Positions 17,631 through 26,459 of a stretch of DNA of 34,324 nucleotides are shown piece after piece. Position numbers and translations under genes: made by a program. The notes below the pieces were generated by a model that saw nothing but the letters and a program-made list of their open reading frames with translations, ran no database searches and was not told the origin of the DNA. The first letter of the stretch is position 1, and each line of letters begins with the position of its first letter. Source of the stretch: a virus (Duplodnaviria; Caudoviricetes); IMG/VR virus record IMGVR_UViG_3300033067_000541, positions 1-34,324 of that record; one strand, written 5' to 3'.

Positions 17631-17969
17631 TCAGTCCGTGTTGGTCGCGGTAATGGCCAGCGTGTTGGTCAAGTCGGCCGCGCCGGTCGTTGCATCCACG
17701 CCAATGACGAAATGGAAGCCGACCGAAACGAGGACGTTGGCCGAAGCCGCCGCCGTCTGCAATTCGCTGGTCGCGGCCGGAATGGCCGTAGTCCAGATGC
17801 GGACGATAACAACGTCGCCCTTGAGCATCCCGCGCGCCTTTGCGTCCGAGATGTAGCCAGCCGTGTCGACCGTGGCCGTGGGGTCGACCGTGTCGAGGAG
17901 CCAGAAACGAAACCCGACCTGGCCAGCGCTTTGCGCGAAGCAGTTCAGGGAGGCGGAAGAATAAGCCAT
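17631..17969 (-). CDS. Putative capsid cement/decoration protein
   Basis: 112 aa right after the capsid gene; AGGAG SD; D..ATVDTAGY..DA..RGM..GDVVIV pattern, beta-rich. Confidence 0.6.
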   Translation of the reverse strand: MAYSSASLNCFAQSAGQVGFRFWLLDTVDPTATVDTAGYISDAKARGMLKGDVVIVRIWTTAIPAATSELQTAAASANVLVSVGFHFVIGVDATTGAADLTNTLAITATNTD

Positions 17970-17993
17970 GTGATTGTTCTCCTGATCCTGGCG

Positions 17994-18848
17994 TTACGCG
18001 ATCGTCGCGGTGTCGTCGTGAATGGCGCGATAGACGCCGCTCGTCAGGACAAGGCCGGCGCAATGGACAACCTTGACCCAGGTCCCATAGCGATCTTCCT
18101 CGTCCTCGTAGTACATGTGGGTCTGCGGCTCGCCGTCGATCTGGTGACCGATCGCATCGCCCGAGAAGATGTAGCACTTGGCCGTAGCCGTGCCCTTGCC
18201 GGTCAAGCCGGTGTGGCGCAGCCATTTGACCCCGAGCCATTCGCGGTACTGGCCGACAGGCGGGGCGCCCTCGACAAGGGGCTTCATCTCGTTGAAGTCG
18301 ATCGACACGAAGTCGTTGATCGTCTCCATCTGGAGCCAGGCGTTCGGGGTGATGAGACCCCAGATATTGCCGTTCCAGTCGACGTCCGCGTTCTGCAGCT
18401 GGGAGACCCAGCCGAGGAACGTGGACTTGACGCCGAAGTCGATGGCCGAGCCGCCGTTGATGGCGTTCGAGGAGCCGTCCAGAGCGTCGATGATCGTCTG
18501 GTCGATGGCCTTGTTGACCGATGCCCGGCCCTTGCGTGCATGCGCCGAACGGGTGTTCGGGTTGGCGCGGAAGAGGTCGAAGGAGTCGATCTGGAACTTC
18601 TTGAAGTGTTCCGCCATCGTCGCGGACTTCTGGCTGAGGCCCAGTTGCGAAACAGGGATCAGGCCGTCACGGGTACGGGTGTTGGCCGCATCCGAAGCGC
18701 CGACGACGTCCCAGTAAACCGTAGACCCATGCTGCGCGCCGTCATTGCGGACGCACTGCTTGAGCAGGCTGGGTTCGCGGTCATAGTCGAACTTGAATTC
18801 GTCGTTGTACTGCGAGCGGAACTGCGCAGTGATCTGGTTGACAGCCAT
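17994..18848 (-). CDS. Major capsid protein (HK97 fold)
   Basis: 284 aa after the scaffold; F..QY..EFK..Y....SLLK.CV, RTRDGLIP, VNKAIDQTIIDAL, WLGVKW..HTGL, AIGH motifs; strongly biased codons; GGAG SD. Confidence 0.85.
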   Translation of the reverse strand: MAVNQITAQFRSQYNDEFKFDYDREPSLLKQCVRNDGAQHGSTVYWDVVGASDAANTRTRDGLIPVSQLGLSQKSATMAEHFKKFQIDSFDLFRANPNTRSAHARKGRASVNKAIDQTIIDALDGSSNAINGGSAIDFGVKSTFLGWVSQLQNADVDWNGNIWGLITPNAWLQMETINDFVSIDFNEMKPLVEGAPPVGQYREWLGVKWLRHTGLTGKGTATAKCYIFSGDAIGHQIDGEPQTHMYYEDEEDRYGTWVKVVHCAGLVLTSGVYRAIHDDTATIA

Positions 18849-19021
18849 GGCTGTACAATCTCCATCTTGAGTTTTTGGGGTTCAGGATGGCGATGCCGTC
18901 CGATGGCGCGGGTTGACCCAAAAGGGCGCCGGCCAGCAGTCTTCAGTCTTCACGGCGCCGCAGAGCGGGTTGACCGTGTGCAGGTCCAGTTGCCTCGATC
19001 GCCTGAGGGCTGGCGTGCAGG
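18849..19021 (-). promoter_or_regulatory. Structured capsid 5' leader with repeated GGTCAACCCGC elements
   Basis: Exact 11-mer at 18908-18918 and 18965-18975, a related GGCAACTGG near 18986-18994, each closing a short stem; tandem GAAGACT x2. Confidence 0.5.
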
Positions 19022-19984
19022 TTAGTTCGCGCCCTGACGCTCGGCGTGGCGAGCTTCAGCGGCGTAAATCTCAGCCAGGCGCCGTTGCGTCTCCGGGCTG
19101 TTGTACTTGGCGCGGTTGGTGGAGCGGAGAGACATGATCTCCTCCTTCTCCTTCGCAAGCGATTTGGCCGGGTCTGACCCGTTGCGACCAGCTTCGAGGA
19201 AGACCGGGTCTTCCATCGTCATGCGGCCGATCTTGGCGAAGGCCTTCACGAACTCGGGATGATCCCCAAGGCGCGTGCCATCGACGAACTGCATGTCCTT
19301 GATGGCGGAAAACTCCTGCCCGAAGAAATGCTTGATTGCGGCATCAGCCAGCGTCGTGTTCTGCTTGAACTCCGGCCCCTGCCACAGTTTCTTCAGGGCG
19401 GATTCAGCGCGTTCCTTCTGGATCGTAGCCGCCGCCTCCATCTGGGCTTCCGCCTCGATGCGCTCCTCGTAGTAGATTTCATGGGCGAGGTTCACGACCG
19501 AGGGATCAGCCCTGAGCCCGCCGGCCTTGTGCAGCCGTGCCGTAATGGCGGCCAGCCTGTCCTTCTCGCTGTCGGACAGCTCCAGACCTTCAGGCGGCTT
19601 GACCTTGATCTCGTACTTGTCGGGGGTCTCGGGAATGCCACGCGACTTGTTCCAGGCGGCCTTGACCTCATCCGGATCTTCGTCAGACGGAATAGCGACC
19701 AGCTTCCCGCTATTCAGCTTGGCGTCGGCCTCGAAATAGGACTTGCCGAAGGCATTGAGGTCGGTGAAGCGCTCAAGACGCTTGGCCAGCTTCTTGTCTT
19801 CGCCGGCAATGGTGGAGCGCCAGTCAAAGTCCTGCGCGCCGCCATCGCCACCTTCCTTGCCTTTGCCAGCGCCCTCGGCCCCAGCGGTTGCAGCTGCGCC
19901 TTTTCCGGCTCCAGCTTCAGCGCCCTTGCCTGCGCCTTCACCGGCACCCTCGCCACCAGCGCCTTGACCTGCTTCTTCAGCCAT
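19022..19984 (-). CDS. Capsid scaffolding/assembly protein
   Basis: 320 aa; low-complexity Gly/Ala/Glu N-terminus; DWR..I...L.RF.D...F.KSY, G.PETPDKY, LKK.W, LGDHPEFVKAFAKIG; position before the capsid gene. Confidence 0.8.
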   Translation of the reverse strand: MAEEAGQGAGGEGAGEGAGKGAEAGAGKGAAATAGAEGAGKGKEGGDGGAQDFDWRSTIAGEDKKLAKRLERFTDLNAFGKSYFEADAKLNSGKLVAIPSDEDPDEVKAAWNKSRGIPETPDKYEIKVKPPEGLELSDSEKDRLAAITARLHKAGGLRADPSVVNLAHEIYYEERIEAEAQMEAAATIQKERAESALKKLWQGPEFKQNTTLADAAIKHFFGQEFSAIKDMQFVDGTRLGDHPEFVKAFAKIGRMTMEDPVFLEAGRNGSDPAKSLAKEKEEIMSLRSTNRAKYNSPETQRRLAEIYAAEARHAERQGAN

Positions 19985-20300
19985 CTGTCTGTTTCTCCAA
20001 TACCTTGCGCTGGCCCAGCGTAACCAGCTGGACTTCAGCCATGCCGAGGAGCGTTGAAGCCACCCAGCGCTTGCCGGCGTTGAACGCCCACGCCTCGGAA
20101 CTCATGACGGCTTCACCGCCATGCACGCCTGTCATTTTCAGGAAATACGCAACGAAGCGGGTCTGCTGTGTTGCATCCGCCCGGCAGTTGAGGACTGCAC
20201 TGATCGCAGCCAACTCGTCTGGACTTGGGGGCGGAGCCTGGTCAGGCCGGAGCGCGATCCTCTCACGCTCCGGGATAACCTGACGTGTGTCTTCAGCCAT
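19977..20300 (-). CDS. Bbp19-like head protein
   Basis: 107 aa with AFNAGKRWVA signature, in the usual portal-Bbp19-scaffold position. Confidence 0.7.
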   Translation of the reverse strand: MAEDTRQVIPERERIALRPDQAPPPSPDELAAISAVLNCRADATQQTRFVAYFLKMTGVHGGEAVMSSEAWAFNAGKRWVASTLLGMAEVQLVTLGQRKVLEKQTDG

Positions 20301-20306
20301 TCAGGC

Positions 20307-21266
20307 TTAGACCGTGGCCGACAGCATGTCCGCGACGTTGGAGCCGGCCGGGCAGACCAGCTTACCAGTCACCATCCAGGTGTTGGTCAAGATGTCCTGC
20401 ACCTCGACCCAGTCGCCAATCTGGCCGCCCGTGGTCGTGCCATTGAGCGTGATCGTGTCATCCGTGCCCGAGGCGGCATAGGCCGTGAGGGCGTTGGAGT
20501 CGTTGTCGAGGATGTCGAGCTGGCCTTTCATCACATCGCTGGAGTTGGCGACCTTGATGACGTGGTTGGACGTGTTGACGGCGCCAACAACAAACCGGAA
20601 CCGGACGCCCGATCCCGAGGCTGCCGGAAGCGTCTGGGCAAGGGATGAGCCCGTCCCGGTGAGAACGCAGGTGCGATAGCCATGCGTGGCGGCCGTGATC
20701 GACGTCGCGCCGGACAGCGTGACTTTCTCCGCGGCAAGCCTTGCCGCGTTGAGGGCGACCTCATGCTCAGCAATCGTCTGGTATTTTGCCGCCGTTGCCG
20801 ACAGGTCATAGATCAGAATCTGGTCATTGGTGGCCGTGCCAGCGCCTGTCAGGGCAGTCCCGGCTGCGTTGACCGTGACCAGCGCGTTCAGGAATTCCGC
20901 CATGGTCATCGACTTGGTCGCCGTGGCCGACAGGTCGTAGATCAGCAGCGTATCGCCCACCGCCGCGCCTGTGCCGGTCAGCGTCGTGGTGTTTGCCACC
21001 ATGAGACCCGTGGCGAATTCCTGTGCCGTCATGTACTTGGCCTGAGTGGCCGAGACATCCCAGATCAGCAGCTGATCGCCCGTTGCAATGCCCGTTCCGG
21101 TCAGAGCCGTGCCCGCCGCATTGACCGTGCAGAAGGCATTCAGGAACTCCGCCATCGTCAGCGTCTTCGAACCGGACGTGCCGGCCGAAACGTCGACAAC
21201 CGGAATCTTGTCGCCAACCGCAGCGCCAGTGCCCGTCAGGGCAGTCATAGCAGAAATCTTGCCCAT
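20307..21266 (-). CDS. Virion fibre/decoration protein with four N-terminal ~42-aa repeats
   Basis: 319 aa Thr/Ala/Gly-rich; repeats T(A/T)LTG.G.A..D...I.D.SA...K..T.AE; C-terminal beta domain (TLPAASGSG..F.F.V, DTITLNGTTTGG..GD). Confidence 0.7.
   Translation of the reverse strand: MGKISAMTALTGTGAAVGDKIPVVDVSAGTSGSKTLTMAEFLNAFCTVNAAGTALTGTGIATGDQLLIWDVSATQAKYMTAQEFATGLMVANTTTLTGTGAAVGDTLLIYDLSATATKSMTMAEFLNALVTVNAAGTALTGAGTATNDQILIYDLSATAAKYQTIAEHEVALNAARLAAEKVTLSGATSITAATHGYRTCVLTGTGSSLAQTLPAASGSGVRFRFVVGAVNTSNHVIKVANSSDVMKGQLDILDNDSNALTAYAASGTDDTITLNGTTTGGQIGDWVEVQDILTNTWMVTGKLVCPAGSNVADMLSATV
20741..21266 (-). repeat. Four tandem coding repeats in an A-B-A-B arrangement
   Basis: Units 1 and 3 share LTGTGAAVGD...TMAEFLNA..TVNAAG; units 2 and 4 share TALTG.G.AT.DQ.LI.D.SAT.AKY; also recognisable in the DNA. 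Confidence 0.85.
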
Positions 21267-21670
21267 CAGGCATTCTCCTCAAGGATTTTGGATGTGCCGT
21301 CCTCAGCGAGGACATCATCGCCGGCTTCTTCGACGACGTAGGAGCCCGCCGATGCGCTGCCTGCGTCGTAGATCGTGTCATTCGCGTTGAGCTTGCCCTG
21401 CACCGCCCACGCGACAGGACCGGTATCGAGCGTCGAGATCGTGAGGCGGAACTTGCTGGCGCCGCCATTGGGCACCTCGACAATCACCGTCTGGCTGGTC
21501 GTGAACGTGTCGACATTCTGCCAGTCCTGGTCATCGAGCAGATCTTGCTGAAGCTGTACTGTCGATGCGCCCGCCGTATGCTTCATGCGGAGGATGAAGT
21601 CCTCATAGGCCGTCCACACGACTGTCGGCGTATCCTGCGCCGTCATCGAACCGCTTAGCTTGGTCGCCAT
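21266..21670 (-). CDS. Small beta-rich virion protein with acidic C-terminal EEAGD..LAEDG..KILEE motif
   Basis: 134 aa; TGATG-coupled to both the portal gene and the fibre gene. Confidence 0.65.
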   Translation of the reverse strand: MATKLSGSMTAQDTPTVVWTAYEDFILRMKHTAGASTVQLQQDLLDDQDWQNVDTFTTSQTVIVEVPNGGASKFRLTISTLDTGPVAWAVQGKLNANDTIYDAGSASAGSYVVEEAGDDVLAEDGTSKILEENA

Positions 21671-23379
21671 CAGGCGCTCTCCTTCATGGCGTCATCCAGT
21701 TTCTGCAGGTTCTCGGGCTTGGCCTTGAGCGCCATGTCAGCGGCCTGCGCCAGTTCCATCTTCTGCTGCTGGGCCTGCTGAGCCTGTGCGCGGCTCTCGC
21801 GCATCGAGCCCACGACGTCCTTGTCCCGCACCCAGTCGACCGGCATCTCGCTCATCCGGCCGCGTGTGACCTCGTCCCAGTCGATATTGTCCAGGCTATC
21901 CGGCGCGATCTGGGCCTGTTCCGTCATATCTGCGACCAGCGCTGAAGCTTGCTGCGCCCTCAGTTCGCGATAGGCCTGAGACAGCGGCGTCTCGAACTCA
22001 AAATCGACCTGCGCGCCCTGCAGCCCTTCCGGCATGCCCTCGGGAATGCGCTGTTCATTCAGCCGGCCAAATGCGCCCTGTTCATAAGAGCGCTCGAACA
22101 CAGCATCCATGAGCTGGGCGTTCTCGGCTTCCATCGGCTCGAACACGGGCGCAGCAGACCGGACATATTCCTCGATCCACTTCCCGGCCTCGTAAGCCGT
22201 CATTTCCTTCTCAGGCAGCTTGAACAGGTCTTGCCAGAACGCCCGGCCCTGGTTCATCGCCAGCCGGTCGGTCAGTTCAATCCCGAAGCGGGGGTCGCCG
22301 GATTCCAGGTTCTCGATCGCCTTGCGATTGGCGCCCTGGCCAAGAGCTTCAGGGTCGTAATAGGTCACCGCCCCGGCCCGGAGGTTGATCTCGCCTACGA
22401 TTGCGTCATGTGCCGCCGTCTTCGGCGGATCGACCGCCCATTCCACCGACTTGAGCAGGGCCTGCTGGGCAATGTTCAGGGTGCGCGCATCGGCAAGGGC
22501 AACACCGGCACAGGGAGAACGGCCATAAGGCTCGCCGGATACCGTCATCCATCTCCGGACCAGATAGGGGAACCAGTTGAAATAGCCCTCGCCTAGCCCG
22601 GCTTCCTTCTCATCGACCTCGCAGGCCATGTAGAGCGACATGAACCGCGCGTCCTTGCGCGGCTTCTCGTCCTTCTCGTATTGATAAAGCTCCAGAGGCG
22701 CGACACAGCGCTGGACCTTGACCTTGCGCTCGGGGTGCTTGTCGAGATTGTCCCGCCATTCCTTGGGCAGCGCATCCTTGCCGAACAGGCCCGCAGCCTG
22801 CTTCAGCGTCATGTTCATGCGCTCGTGGATCTCATCGACAACGCCCTCATGGTTCTCGGCCCATGCGCAATCTTTCAGGTGCGCGCAGGTGAACAGCAGT
22901 CCCGTCTTGGCGCTGTTGTAGGTATGCCGGACAATCGCATTGCCGAATGTCACATAGTCGTTGTCGCTCTCCGCCATGGCCCGGGTGAAGTTGGCCGGCG
23001 GGGAATAGATGATGTTGCGCTGGGTCTTTGTGGTCCTCTCCAGCCACGTCTTGTTGGCCTTGTCCTCCATGAGGAGTTCAGGACGGGCAACGCACTTGAA
23101 CCAGTCCTTGCCGCGGGGGCGAAGCATCGAGCCCAGATTGTTGGCCATGTCCCGGCGCATCCGCTGGGGAACGCTGGTGAAGATGCCGTCGTAACGCTCG
23201 TCCCCGACTGCGCGATCTCCGAAGAAGTCGGCACGTTCGGGGTAGAAGATTTCAGCCTGCGCCTGGAACAGCGAATTGTAGCTGTCCTTCTCAACGAACA
23301 GCTGATCACCGCGCTTTTTCCAGCGCTCGCCCCTCTCCTTGAGGCGACCGTTTGTGCGGCCCGTTTCGTCGTATGCCAT
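21670..23379 (-). CDS. Portal / head-to-tail connector (T7 gp8, BPP-1 Bbp21 family)
   Basis: 569 aa; L.SML.P.G..WF, NF......DYVTFGNA, FPY.V.RW....GE.YGRSP...AL.D...LN, MTAYE, FETPL motifs. Confidence 0.92.
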   Translation of the reverse strand: MAYDETGRTNGRLKERGERWKKRGDQLFVEKDSYNSLFQAQAEIFYPERADFFGDRAVGDERYDGIFTSVPQRMRRDMANNLGSMLRPRGKDWFKCVARPELLMEDKANKTWLERTTKTQRNIIYSPPANFTRAMAESDNDYVTFGNAIVRHTYNSAKTGLLFTCAHLKDCAWAENHEGVVDEIHERMNMTLKQAAGLFGKDALPKEWRDNLDKHPERKVKVQRCVAPLELYQYEKDEKPRKDARFMSLYMACEVDEKEAGLGEGYFNWFPYLVRRWMTVSGEPYGRSPCAGVALADARTLNIAQQALLKSVEWAVDPPKTAAHDAIVGEINLRAGAVTYYDPEALGQGANRKAIENLESGDPRFGIELTDRLAMNQGRAFWQDLFKLPEKEMTAYEAGKWIEEYVRSAAPVFEPMEAENAQLMDAVFERSYEQGAFGRLNEQRIPEGMPEGLQGAQVDFEFETPLSQAYRELRAQQASALVADMTEQAQIAPDSLDNIDWDEVTRGRMSEMPVDWVRDKDVVGSMRESRAQAQQAQQQKMELAQAADMALKAKPENLQKLDDAMKESA

Positions 23380-23639
23380 CAGCCCAGCAATGTCCCTGAG
23401 CCATAGCCTTCATCGCCAAGCTGTCCGCCTGACAGGATGGTTGAGGCCACTCCCTTGCGCTTGAGGGACATCCTGCGCGCCTTGCGCTGGGCCTCGATCA
23501 GGTTGGGATCGGTCTCGGTCGGCAGGTCAGTCGGAGCTTCTGGCCCCTTTGCAACGTCTGCCTTGGCCTGCTCCAGCGTATAGGCTGTCGCGCCGAGCAG
23601 CGGAGTGGTCGGCGTCTTCTTGCCTTTGAAGAGGCCCAT
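23379..23639 (-). CDS. Small virion assembly protein preceding the portal (T7 gp7.3-like position)
   Basis: 86 aa; MGLF start, RKG.ASTIL, and TLLG end typical of pre-portal genes; coupled on both sides. Confidence 0.7.
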   Translation of the reverse strand: MGLFKGKKTPTTPLLGATAYTLEQAKADVAKGPEAPTDLPTETDPNLIEAQRKARRMSLKRKGVASTILSGGQLGDEGYGSGTLLG

Positions 23640-25261
23640 TAGCGTGACTTTCTTCCTACGACTTTGTCGTATTGGCGTTGAACAGTCGGCATCGATTGGG
23701 CGTCGGGCTGGCGCCGTCTCACAGCCTTGCGTTGGGATTTGCGCTGCGTGTCAGGCTCGGCCCACGCGAAGATGAAGGACCAGGCAAGGTCAGGTGAGCG
23801 GCCAATCCGCTTCGATATCTCTTCGTTGTCCTCGATCTGGATGACGTTGCGCATGTCCGCGTGAGCCTTTTCGCGGAACGCCGTCAGCTCCATGAGGATT
23901 TCACGCCCCGGCGGGAGCGCGATGTTGTCGCCCTTCTCAGGGTCCAGTCCCTCGCGGAACTGCCAGATCCATTCTGCCCGCTTGTTGGCGAAACCACGCG
24001 CCCGGCTGCGATCAAGAGCCGTCGACGCCATGGCGCCCTTGCAACGGACCACGTTGAAGCCATTGGCCTCGAGCGTATCGGAAAGCCCGCCACCATAACC
24101 ACCGCCGCAATCGATGTTCATCTGCGGATCGTCCTTGGCGGCATTCACCACCATGGAGACTTTCTGGTCTGTGGTCTTGACCTCTGCGCCAGGCTTGATC
24201 CTCGGTTCCCCGAACACCACGCCATGAAGCGGCGTGCAGACCATCCGGTCACCACCGCCATCAGCAACGTCGACACCCAGCGCCGTCATGGGCTTGGTCG
24301 CCAGTTCGTGCTTGCGCATTGACCAGCGAGCCTGAGCCTTCAGCACCCATTCGGCCGGAATGACCTGCCGCTCGGAATCCTCCAGTGTCGTCGTGAACTT
24401 GCCTTGCAACAGGGCGCGCTGCAGATGCGCCGGCAGGGCTGCGAGTTGTGAAGCATACCCACTATCAAGGAGATCGGGATTGTCGCTCAGGCTGGCCGGG
24501 ATGAATGTCCGGCTCTTTGGCCTGACCTCCATCTCGTTGCCGTTGGCGTCGACAACCACCCCGACATAGTCGTGGTCGACCTCGATATCCTGCCCAGCCA
24601 CGTTGGCGAAGTAGCGCAATTCGCCCGGTTTGGCCGGGTTCCTGTGTTCAGGATCGAGCCAAGGCGCAAACCATTCGAAGATCCACAAGCCTTCCGGCGT
24701 CAGCGGCGGGTTGGAAGCCAGCACCGTCCTGCATCTCTGGTTCGGTACAGCAGTACGGTTCCAACCGATGATGAAGCGGACAATCGCTTCCTGGAACTGC
24801 ACCGCCTCATCGAACCCGATGAAGTCAGCAGCACGGCCCTGATAGGCTTCAGCCTCCTTTGGCGTCTCGAAGGCGCCGAATTCAACCGCGCGCCTTGTTG
24901 ATCCCGGGACCGTCCAGACGTGCTTCTGCGAATTGTAGCCCGATGACGAGCCGAGGATCTGGGCCAGACCCGGAACAAGACCGCCCTCGCCGTCGATATC
25001 CTTGAACTGGCGACGGAACAGGCGGCTGACCCGGTGTTCGTTGATCGCCAGCCCCATGAGAAGCTGAGATTTGCCACCTCCCGCGGCGCCGCCGTAGTAA
25101 AGCAGATCAGCGGGGCTGTAATAGGCTTGCGTCTGAGGACCAGGATTAGGGACCCATAGCTTGTCCCGCGTGCTCTCAATCGCCTTCTGTGCCGCCTTCG
25201 CCTGATCCGCGGGCAGCTTCTGCAAGCGCGAAAGCAAGTCGTCGAGCTGATTCACGGTCAA
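23639..25261 (-). CDS. terL: Terminase large subunit
   Basis: Walker A YYGGAAGGGKS, Walker B FIGFDEA, ASNP, nuclease LGVDVA.GG.D and RSPD. Start is TTG 25261 or GTG 25255. Confidence 0.95.
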   Translation of the reverse strand: MTVNQLDDLLSRLQKLPADQAKAAQKAIESTRDKLWVPNPGPQTQAYYSPADLLYYGGAAGGGKSQLLMGLAINEHRVSRLFRRQFKDIDGEGGLVPGLAQILGSSSGYNSQKHVWTVPGSTRRAVEFGAFETPKEAEAYQGRAADFIGFDEAVQFQEAIVRFIIGWNRTAVPNQRCRTVLASNPPLTPEGLWIFEWFAPWLDPEHRNPAKPGELRYFANVAGQDIEVDHDYVGVVVDANGNEMEVRPKSRTFIPASLSDNPDLLDSGYASQLAALPAHLQRALLQGKFTTTLEDSERQVIPAEWVLKAQARWSMRKHELATKPMTALGVDVADGGGDRMVCTPLHGVVFGEPRIKPGAEVKTTDQKVSMVVNAAKDDPQMNIDCGGGYGGGLSDTLEANGFNVVRCKGAMASTALDRSRARGFANKRAEWIWQFREGLDPEKGDNIALPPGREILMELTAFREKAHADMRNVIQIEDNEEISKRIGRSPDLAWSFIFAWAEPDTQRKSQRKAVRRRQPDAQSMPTVQRQYDKVVGRKSR

Positions 25262-25730
25262 AGCCGGTTTCCTTGGTCACCACCGGGTTGTCTGCATCCC
25301 CGGCGTGGATCACGCGCTCGCCAAACACCTTGGGCAGCGCCTTCGAGAGCAGCCACTTGCGCGTATCGACGCGAAGCCGAGACCGGGCGATCGCCTCCTG
25401 GTTCACAACCTCAACGGCGTCTTCGCCTTGCTTCCGGGTCATCCAGTCGTTTCGGCCGTCATCGCTGATTTCCAGCGTTTCATCGGCCATGGCGTAATAA
25501 CCGATCTCGCGCGCATGAGCGTATTGCGTAAAAAACCCGGGTCTTGCCTCAGTATCGTCGCGAAGAGCCCAGCCTCTGACGGTTGCCTCATTGGGCATTC
25601 CTTCGTCACGGCAGACATCGCGCAGTGTTCTTCCCTCAGAGAGAAGCTGGCAGATCAGGTCGCCTAGTTCCTTGGTGTAGAGCGTTGGCCGGCCGCGGCG
25701 TTCTTCGGCGTTGGCGATATCGTCAGCCAT
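25176..25730 (-). CDS. terS: Terminase small subunit (Sf6 gp1-like)
   Basis: GRPTLY...ICQLL.EG.TLR.VC...GMP...TV..W, F..QYA.ARE, R.RLRVDTRKW.LSK..PK.FG. Confidence 0.93.
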   Translation of the reverse strand: MADDIANAEERRGRPTLYTKELGDLICQLLSEGRTLRDVCRDEGMPNEATVRGWALRDDTEARPGFFTQYAHAREIGYYAMADETLEISDDGRNDWMTRKQGEDAVEVVNQEAIARSRLRVDTRKWLLSKALPKVFGERVIHAGDADNPVVTKETGFDRESARRLAFALAEAARGSGEGGTEGD

Positions 25731-25731
25731 T

Positions 25732-26259
25732 TTAGGCTACCAGCTTGAGATGACGGCGCTTGCCGTATTTGCCGGCACGGCGTTGGTGATTTTCGTAGTG
25801 CGTTTCCCATTCCAGATGCTTTGGATTCACGCACCCGAGATGTCCCTGCTCGCACGTATGGCTGGCTTCGAGCCATGGCAGCGCAGGGTCGCCGTTCGCC
25901 AAGCGGCACATCACGCGATGCGCTCTTGCGGGCTTCCCCTCCCACCGTACTTCAGGATAGCCGTTCCAGGCGCGGGCAAATGGCCACAACACGCAGTCAT
26001 CGCCGGTATAGTTCAAGTGCTCTCGAATAAACGCCTGTGGGGCGCCAGCAGGGGCGCGTCTGCCAAATTTCGTGGCTGTAGGCGTGTAGTCGGTAGTTCG
26101 AACATATGGCTTGTGGCGGACCCTAACCTCTTTGATTTTATGCGGACCCTCTGACCAGACTCCCGCTTCACGCTCTAGTTCCGCAGTGAGCGCATAGTGC
26201 TCCGAACACATACCCCGCGTTAATGGGGTAGTCTTCGAGCAGTTGACGTAAGAGCACAT
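25732..26259 (-). CDS. HNH endonuclease upstream of terS, paralogue of 501-1115
   Basis: CSYVNC...RGMCSEHY finger; DCVLWPF..NGY; AHRVMCRLANG; ASHTCEQGHLGCVNPKHLEWETHYEN. Start uncertain: the frame is open to 26370; ATG 26259 chosen by alignment with the paralogue. Confidence 0.85.
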   Translation of the reverse strand: MCSYVNCSKTTPLTRGMCSEHYALTAELEREAGVWSEGPHKIKEVRVRHKPYVRTTDYTPTATKFGRRAPAGAPQAFIREHLNYTGDDCVLWPFARAWNGYPEVRWEGKPARAHRVMCRLANGDPALPWLEASHTCEQGHLGCVNPKHLEWETHYENHQRRAGKYGKRRHLKLVA

Positions 26260-26459
26260 CACGTAAAAGTGATTACCTTTACTTGCTGTTGACCTTGTTT
26301 TTCGTGAACTGCACTTGTCGAGCGAGTCTTCTATACTCAGTCTCGTCTGTGCGTTGCTAGTAAACACCAAGCAACGTTGATGTTTCTCATCGCAACACTA
26401 GCGAGGCCCGGGGAGGATTGCACCCTCACCCGAGCCTCTAACTCAGAGGAACCTGAGCT

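Noticed and set aside
17604-19025. 473-aa plus-strand ORF and many other long antisense ORFs (e.g. 2459-3298, 8735-9568, 19259-20023, 21949-23406)
   Set aside because: They lie opposite well-supported minus-strand genes, have no recognisable motifs, and are expected from strong GC3 codon bias.
19850-19984. Gly/Ala/Glu low-complexity repeats at the scaffold N-terminus
   Set aside because: Ordinary disordered scaffold leader, not a separate repeat element.
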